From the human T2T-CHM13v2.0 reference genome, Homo sapiens, in the NCBI RefSeq assembly GCF_009914755.1, contig NC_060942.1: a stretch of DNA of 64,000 bases; one strand, 5' to 3'. Shown in pieces: positions 55,724 through 64,000 of the stretch (position 1 is the stretch's first letter; each line of letters starts with the position of its first letter). The translations under genes and the position numbers were made by a program. Under the pieces are notes generated by a model. That model was given only the letters and a program-made list of their open reading frames with translations. It was not told the origin of the DNA and searched no databases.

Positions 55724-58187
55724 AGAGAGAGGGCAAGATGGCCAACTAGGTGCAGATAAGTGGAACAGCTCCCATGGAGGCACTGAGACTACTGGCGTGC
55801 TTTTAACAGATCTTCAGAGGGAAGGCACCAAGAGTGGACACAGAAGCTGGGTTGAAGGGGGAGAAAGCTGGGAACCCTGCAAGGGCTATCACATATGGGG
55901 GGCTCATTTTTGAACCACAACAGTTCCGGAGGAATAGGTGAGTGAAACTGGCTAGGAGCAACTTGCTCTTGCCACGGGCCTCTGAAACCCGGCAGGAAGG
56001 GACCCCTTGACCACCATGGACACTTGAGGTGGCAAGGAGAGCCTCCTCGAGAAGTGGTAAGGGCAGCAAGCCAGCTGATGTGGAGCCCAGAGGGTTTGGA
56101 GCGAGAGCATCTGTAGTGCAGCACAGCTAGGGGTTGGCCACCATACCTCTAGGCTCGACTTGCTCCTGTGAGAGACTTCAGCCCTAGGGGAACTGTCGGT
56201 CCTGATCTCTGCAAGCTGGTCCTGCACATCAGATGGGACTAGTCTGACCTATGCACTCCTTGGTCTGCTGGCCTCTCCTGGGTCCCCAGCCTGGCCATAC
56301 TTGCTTATAGGGCAGTCTCGAGTGGGGCCCACACCATAGCTTCTGCATTGGTAAACCATACCTAAGAAATAGAGAGCTCCAGTAAGATGGCCCCTGTGCC
56401 CACACACCAGCCCACATGCTCTCTCTCCATACTTCAGCTTTCCCTGGGCTCATGGCAACTCACCACATCACTACCTGGCACATGTTTGCACGGGAGAGTT
56501 TTTGCTTTACTTGCCCTGCCAGCACATGGGAGTGCAACTGGACCCTCAACATCCCTGCTGATGGCCATTGCAGAGAACCTCGGAGGGCCCAGAGCCAGCA
56601 AGCCCGGCTCCCCGCTAGTGCCTCCCCCTTGTGTTAATACTGTGCAGAGAACAGGGGATCCTGCCACACCCTGAGTGATCACTCCTGCTTGCAGGGCACA
56701 GAGAAGGCACCCAGACCTGCCCAGACCAGCACTCTGGCCCCAAGCCAACACCACCTCCAAGGCAACCACACACAGAGTCTCCAGCAGGGGCCTCCTTCTC
56801 CCACCCTCCAACAAGCTGCATTGCCTCTGCCACTGTGGTGAAAGCTAGCAGGGAGGCAGACACCCCTGCATCCACTAGCACTCTGCTGCAGCTGCTGCAC
56901 CTCGGCATCCCCCAGAGCAGGCCAAACCTCAAGGAGCCAAGAACAAAGTCAGGGCCCAATACAAGTCCTCCCAAGTCAGAGCATGCAGTCTAGGAGTTAG
57001 GAGCTGAACACTGGCCCCCTCAAATCTCCCACAAACGAAGTCAGTCGGCTGAATCCTCCTTATATTAAGTATAAATTAAACCCCCAAAGTCATCAACAGG
57101 ATTAAAAAAAGAAAAAAAATCCGAAGGTAACCAACCTCAAAGACTGAGTGCCTTCTTTGACCAAGATGCCAAAAGCAATTGCCACAAAACTAAAAATTGA
57201 CAAATAGAACCTAATTAAACAGTTTCTGCACAGCAAGAGAAAGTATCAACAGAGTAAACAGACAACCTACAGAATGGGAGAAAATTTTTGCAAATTATGC
57301 AGCTAACAAAGGTCTAATATCTAGCGTTTATAAGGAACTTAAATTTACAAGAGAAAACCAAGTAACCCCATTAAAAAGTGGGCAAAGGACAAGAGCAAAC
57401 ACTTTTTAAAAGCTTACATGTGTCTAAGCATATGAAAAAAAAGCTCAGCATCACTGATCATTACAAAAATGCAAACAAAACCACAATGAAATATCATCTC
57501 ACACCAGAAAGAATGGCTATTACTAAAAAGCCAAAAAAATAACAGATGCTGGTGAGATTGTGGAGAAAAAGGAACGCTTATACACTGTTGGTGGGACTGT
57601 AAATTAGTTCATCGTTGTGGATTACAGTGTGGTGATTCCACAAAGACCTAAAGGCAGCAATACCATTCAATCTGGCAGTCCCATTACTGGGTACATACCC
57701 AAAGGACTATAAATCATTCTGTTAAAATACACATGTGTACGTATGTTCATTGCAGCACTATTCACAATAGCAAAGACATGGAATCAAACCTAAATGCCTA
57801 TTAATGATAGACCTGGCAAAGAAAATGTGGTACATATACACCATGAAATCCCATGTAGCCATAAAAAGAACAAGATTATGTACTTTGCAGGGACATGGTG
57901 GGAGCTGGAGGCCATCAGCCTTTGCAAACTAACACAGGAACAGAAAACCAAATGCCGCATGTTCTCATTTACAAGTGGGAGCTAAATGATGAGAACACAT
58001 GGATACACAGAGGGGAACAACACACATTGGGACCTATCAGAGGGTGGAGAGTGGGAGGAGGGAGAGGATCAGGAAAAATAACTAATGGGTACCTGGGTGA
58101 CAAAATAACCTGTACAACAAACCCCCATGACATAAGGTTACCTATGTAACAAACCTACACACGTATCCCTGAACTTAAAAGTTAAAA
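55724..58187 (+). mobile_element. Internally deleted L1PA13-like element: complete 5' UTR joined directly to the ORF2 C-terminus and 3' UTR
   Basis: 5' ggcaagatggccaactag; GC-rich UTR to about 57145; ORF2 resumes at ccaagatgccaaaagcaattg; 3' UTR aggatcaggaaaaataactaatgggtac; 14-bp TSD aagaaact[g/c]taaag at 55710-55723 and 58188-58201. Confidence 0.9.
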
Positions 58188-58703
58188 AAGAAACTCTAAA
58201 GCTTTTAAAATTGATTGTAAAATATAATATTGAAATAAGTTTTTATGTCATGAAAGAAGAAACATGCCATCAATTACTGTATGCATATGATAATATCATT
58301 ATTCATATATATTACAAGGCCTGTGTGTTTATATACAAAAAAAATGAACAGTGACTACATCTGGATGGTGTTATCATAGTTCAATATCTTCTATTCGCTT
58401 GAGTATATTCTAAACTTTGAGGAATCAGCATTAAGTATTTGTGCCTTTCAAAACATGCCTTAAAATAACTTTATATCATAGTTTCTATAATGAATCCCAT
58501 CAGATTTTCTGAGGGTTGTAAGGAAGAAAACAGGATTCATTAATAGCAATTGAAGCAGAGTTTGTGGGGCAGATCCCGACTGGAATAATCTTATGTGAGA
58601 ACGCAAGGAGAGAAATTGAAGACAGAAATGACTTTCAAAGAATTTTCCACAAAGAATATCAGGAAATGCAACTGTACTGTAGCTCTTGGGGAAAGAAAGA
58701 ATG

Positions 58704-58737
58704 CACACACACACACACAGACACACACACACACACA
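58704..58737. repeat. Interrupted (CA)n microsatellite
   Basis: Read directly. Confidence 0.93.
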
Positions 58738-58899
58738 TTAAACATGAAAAACAGGGAAGTGAAAAGTAAAAAGTGAAAGAATAAGCCTAAAGAAAAAAGA
58801 AAGAAATTGTAACCATAAAAGTACATATTAACACATTAAAAGTTTGAAAATTCTAAAATTATTGAATCTAAAAATCGTTTCTTTTTAAATAAATTATTA

Positions 58900-59700
58900 A
58901 AAATTTTAAAATCTAATTTAAAAAGTGAAAATACGTATACAATTAGAAATAACATAACAGCAAAAATGGAAGCAAGCATTCCGCGTCATGCTATGGTAAT
59001 ATATTTGAAAATCTTACTCCATTTAGATTATTTCCTGGGCCATTAAAAAATTAAACATTAACCTCAGGAAGAAATACATAGCCTGATATGACAATTATGT
59101 TATTAAATAAAACAGTGGCCCATGAAAAAGAAAATAATAATTCAAACAATGGAAAAAAATCACCAAGGTGTTCTATCAAATTTTCAAGAGAAAGTTATTT
59201 AAATATGTATTAATTATTTAGGTAATAAGAATGGAAGAAAAGTTTCAAAATTCATTTTGTAAAGCTGGCATAATCCTGATAAGAGCATCTATCAAATATA
59301 GCACAAATTAAGAACACCGGAATACAGACTCACTTATGAATATGGATGCAAAATCTTAAATAAAATCCTTGCAAATCAAACTCAGCAGTAAATTAAAAGA
59401 ACAATAAACCATAACCAAGCAGAGTTCATCTAATGAATTTAAAAATGGTTAAATATAAATATAATACATCACCTCAATAGGTCAAATGAGAAACTAAAAT
59501 CATCTTCACAGCATTTTCTATAAATGAACATCTATTCCTATGTAAACTGCTTTTATAATCAGAGTATATTTTTAAAATCTTTAGCATGGTCATTAGTATA
59601 TATTTGAAATCAGCATTTAGATAACATTAAGCACTTCTTTAAAATAAAAGATAGTAAAAGCCAATTTCACAGATGTCATTTAATATTTAATATATATGCC
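58900..59700 (+). mobile_element. Ancient L1M ORF2 fragment
   Basis: cacttatgaatatggatgcaaaatcttaaataaaatccttgcaaatcaaactcagcag. Confidence 0.65.
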
Positions 59701-59752
59701 ACACAAAATACACACATAAAAAGTGTTGAAATCCTATTATTTAAAAAATTAG

Positions 59753-60062
<310 letters not shown>

Positions 60063-61284
60063 AGCAATGTGTATTTTTCTAAATGTTATCCTATTTTATC
60101 TACAAAACACATATATGAATACTGTGTAATGAAACACTACTGTTTTCATGGTCCAAAAATTTGGGTTGTAGTTTGGCTCTGCCACTTAATAGCTTTTTGT
60201 CTGTTAGAAAATCACTCAGCTTCTCTAGGCTGGCTTCCTATTTGATAAATTGTTAGTATTAGAAATAACTATTCTTTCTCTATTTTTGAGAAGGAATTTG
60301 CTTAATTTGAAAATTTTCGAGGCAAATGTATGAATCAAAAGGCATATTTGAATGGGTATTTTGTGGTGTTTAGATTCATACTGTATAATATATAGGCCAA
60401 TATGTTAGTAATGTAAATTAGATTTCTATGAAAAACAATATTCAAAAATTATGAAAATACCAACTAATATGCCAAAGGAATCCACTTATATGCAACATTT
60501 ATATGAAAACTAAGTTACTAAAAAATAATTTTGTGTGTCTATGTGATTGTCAATAAAATATAAAATTCATAAATATTTCTAAATCCCTAAAAGTTATTTT
60601 TTATTATCAACTGATAAAATCAGATATAAATGCCTTTTTTATATTACAAGAAACTAAAAATTGCACATCATAAAATTATTTTCTTAAAAAATATTCTGAA
60701 CCTTGGGAGTAGACAATAAACATGGGAAAGGGATTTATAGAAAATTCTTTGTTTTACATTTAAAAAGTATTTGATCTCAACATTACTTTAATGCACTGAG
60801 CCAATTTCAAGAGGTTTTCTGGCTAACAAAGGCCATTGTTTTTAGAAATGAAAAGGAAACAATGTGTTTTCATAGATCCAATGACACAAATTAGAGAAAA
60901 GTGTATGTTAATGAGGTAAAGACTCAATTGAAAGCACAAAATGCCTTGAAATTAAAAAAAAATCATTTTAAGTTGTATGTGCAATTAGGCAGCACAAATC
61001 TTCTATTTTTCTCTTGAACTGGGAAGTTTCAATTGCATACCAAAAAATAATGCATGGCAATAATGCACATCGTTGCTTTTAATTGAATGCTTAACATGTG
61101 CTCTTTGAAAATCTAGCTTAAAGGTTTTATAATGAGCAAAATACAGAAAAAATTAATATATCTAAACTTCATTTTTCTCATCTCTTCTAGAATGTATGAT
61201 AGTCTCCAAATGATTTCTATAATTAAAAAATATCACTAACCTTATAAATATATACCCAATTTCTCATCAAAAATAACATTTTGT

Positions 61285-61595
61285 GGCCAGGTGTGGTGGC
61301 TCACACCTGTAATCCCAGCACTTTGGGAGGTCGAGGTGGGTGGATCACCTGAGGTCAGGAGTTCAAGACCAGTCTGGCCAACAGGGCGAAACCCCATCTC
61401 TACCAAAAATACAAAAAATTAGTTGGGTATGGTGGCTCACACCTGTAATTCCAGCTACTCAGGAGGCTGTGGCAGGAGAATCACTTACCTCAGGCGGCAG
61501 AGGTTGCAGTGAGCCCAGATCATGCCACTGCATTCCAGCCTGGGCAACAGAGAGAGACACCGTCTCAAAATAAATGAATGAATAAATAAATAAAT
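61285..61595 (+). mobile_element. AluS (Sx/Sz-like), full length, (TAAA)n tail
   Basis: ggatcacctgaggtcaggagttcaagacc; 14-bp TSD aaataacattttgt at 61271-61284 and 61596-61609. Confidence 0.95.
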
Positions 61596-61989
61596 AAATA
61601 ACATTTTGTTAAAACATCAAATTGAGGAGGGCCAGCGTATTCATTTTAGAGATGATCAAAGATATAAAAAACTGATTGTAGGTTTACTCAATAATTGTTC
61701 CCTTTTTGAAAATTTTATTCATGCTGACATTTTTATAGATATAGACAAATTTCAGCATGATTATTAAACCAAGGTAATAATTATTTGTCAACAGTATGTA
61801 ATATTTTTAAAACTTTTATTGATTATGCTATACTTCCCTGGGGCTTTTATAGTAATCCCTGGGAAAGCTACAGGCATTCTTTTAAATTAAGGAAGATTCT
61901 GTGAATGGCTACTCTCTACACTCCAGGTCACCAAGTTCTTTACAGGCTCACAAGGTGTAGGATTTCCCCTCTTCCCATTTACCTTTACT

Positions 61990-62275
61990 TCCCTACCTCC
62001 CTCCTCCTCTCCTCCTCCTCCCCTCCGCTTCCCTCCTCTCCCCTTCCCTCCCCTCCTCTCCCTTCCTCTCCCCTCCTCTTCCCTCCTCTCTCCTCCCCTC
62101 CTCTCCCCTCCTCTTCCCTCCTCTCTCCTCCCCTCCTGTCCCCTCCTCTCCCCTCTGCTCTCCTCCCCTCCTCTCCCCCCCTCCCCTTCCTTCCTTCCTT
62201 TTCTTCCCTCTCTCTCCTTCCCTCCCCTTCCTTCCTTCCTTTTCTTCCCTCTCTCTCCTTCCCTTTCTTCCTTCC
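61990..62275. repeat. About 285-bp polypyrimidine/polypurine tract (CCCCT/CCTT units)
   Basis: Read directly; it explains the low-complexity ORFs at 61887-62297. Confidence 0.95.
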
Positions 62276-62279
62276 ATTT

Positions 62280-62790
62280 ATTCCTTGATTCACTCACTTA
62301 CTCAACAAGCACTTATTGTCTAACATGGGAAAGGCATTGGATAAATTACACAGAGACAAAGAAAGAGTCACAATGCATCTCCTGCCCTTAAAAACCTTAA
62401 GAAGTAGACAACTAATCACTAATTTCAACACAGTGTTATAAGCGCCAGCATAGGGGTAAACGCAGAGTGTAGTTAGAGTTCAAAGCATAAGGAAGAAAGT
62501 TAAGAGATGGTTTCACCAAGGATTTTCTTCCTTCCAAGTTGAGATTTAAAATAAAAGATTTCAGCTACACAATGATAGGACTGAGAGAATGAACAGTGTC
62601 AAACAGACATTATATTATGAGGGAAGAGTATTTATAAAGAGTTGGAAGAATGAAAATATGTGGCACATTCTGTTGTCCTGAGGTTGTTTCAGGTGGTTAG
62701 AGTATAGAGTCAGAGGGAAAGTGGGAGCAAGAAAGAGGCTGGAGACAGAAACAAGGGCAAATGTAGAGAAACTCATACTACTATCTATTT
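62280..62790 (-). mobile_element. L2 3' fragment
   Basis: cactcacttactcaacaagcacttattg...ggcattggataa...cctgcccttaa. Confidence 0.55.
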
Positions 62791-63120
62791 AAGATCAGGT
62801 TCTTCCTTCTCATCAATGCCATTTCCTCCTCCTCTAGTATTTCAGCCCAGTGTTTTTGGTTTAGTGGGTTGGTTTTTTTGTTTGTTTGTTTTTGTTTTTG
62901 TTTAGTGTTTTCAGCCTTGTCTATTTCTGGATCCTTCTCTCTTGCCTATGTAGCAGTGTAAGTCATTCTCATATGAATTTAGGTTAATATTCTCCACACT
63001 GCATGAATGAGACAAAATTAAGACATTTAAAAATGAAAATAAAATTTAAAAATTTTTTGAAAATCTCAAATCTTGAATCTTATTTGCAAGAGGTAGAGTT
63101 TAAAAATAATTTAAAAAAAT

Positions 63121-63460
<340 letters not shown>

Positions 63461-64000
63461 TCATTTAGGAAAGTCTAACGAACAGATAGAGTTGTGTGCA
63501 AAATATTAACCTGGGAATAAATATAAACAAACATTTATTGTGTAAATTAATAATAAATTATCTTAAGAAAATTAGTAAATAAGATATGCATAAAATGATG
63601 GAAAATTGAATATATGTCAGGAGAGGATCACAAAATCCCTAAACTGTTCAGGAAAAAGTTAAAGATATTGAGTATGCTTAACATCTGTCAAGTGAAATAT
63701 GCATTCCACAAACTTTATTAATAATTCATAACTTCAAACCTTGCAAATAAAAGCATAATAAAAAAGCTCAACTCTAATAATTCTAAACTTATGGCTTCAA
63801 AATTCATAAAGCAAAATTTAGGAAAAATGAAAAAAGTAATCTATCTCCCTGAGATATTTTAATTCATCTCTTACAGTAATTGATAGAAGTGTCAGAAAAT
63901 AAACCAGAAATATAAAAGATTTAAATAACACAATTAGCACAGATGGCTAAATCAATCTACTTAGAATTGTATGCCCAAACCAGAGAAAACATTTTTGTCA

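Noticed and set aside
55789-56974. Overlapping ORFs or a possible CpG-island gene promoter
   Set aside because: This is the 5' UTR of the L1PA13-like element, it is CpG-depleted, and the peptides are not recognisable.
61887-62297. Pro/Ser-rich and Gly/Glu/Arg-rich ORFs
   Set aside because: They are translations of a simple polypyrimidine tract.

Overview
AT-rich primate (most likely human) genomic DNA lying entirely inside a large minus-strand gene. Four coding exons (41086-40991, 40841-40705, 19208-19025, 642-580) have canonical GT-AG sites and matching phases. They splice into one open 160-aa coiled-coil-like segment (LEDLRRVYDQ...GMVLQ) that I recognise as CCDC178. The rest is intron filled with mammalian repeats: two near-full-length old L1s, several L1PA insertions, four full Alus, MaLR/ERVL LTRs, hAT/Tigger MITEs, L2/MIR and microsatellites. 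I found no prokaryote-type system, RNA gene or CRISPR array. The most unusual signal is a pair of inverted L1PA copies about 31 kb apart that differ by about 6-7% except for one perfectly identical 197-bp tract carrying shared non-consensus changes. This looks like a gene-conversion footprint between repeats that bracket two coding exons. Other notable items are an internally deleted L1PA13-like element with intact ends and TSD, a 190-bp twin-primed L1 placing a sense poly(A) signal just after an exon, a TSD-less AluY, a candidate poison exon and a short templated copy. Repeat subfamily names come from recalled consensus motifs, not from an alignment, and boundaries of old repeats are approximate.
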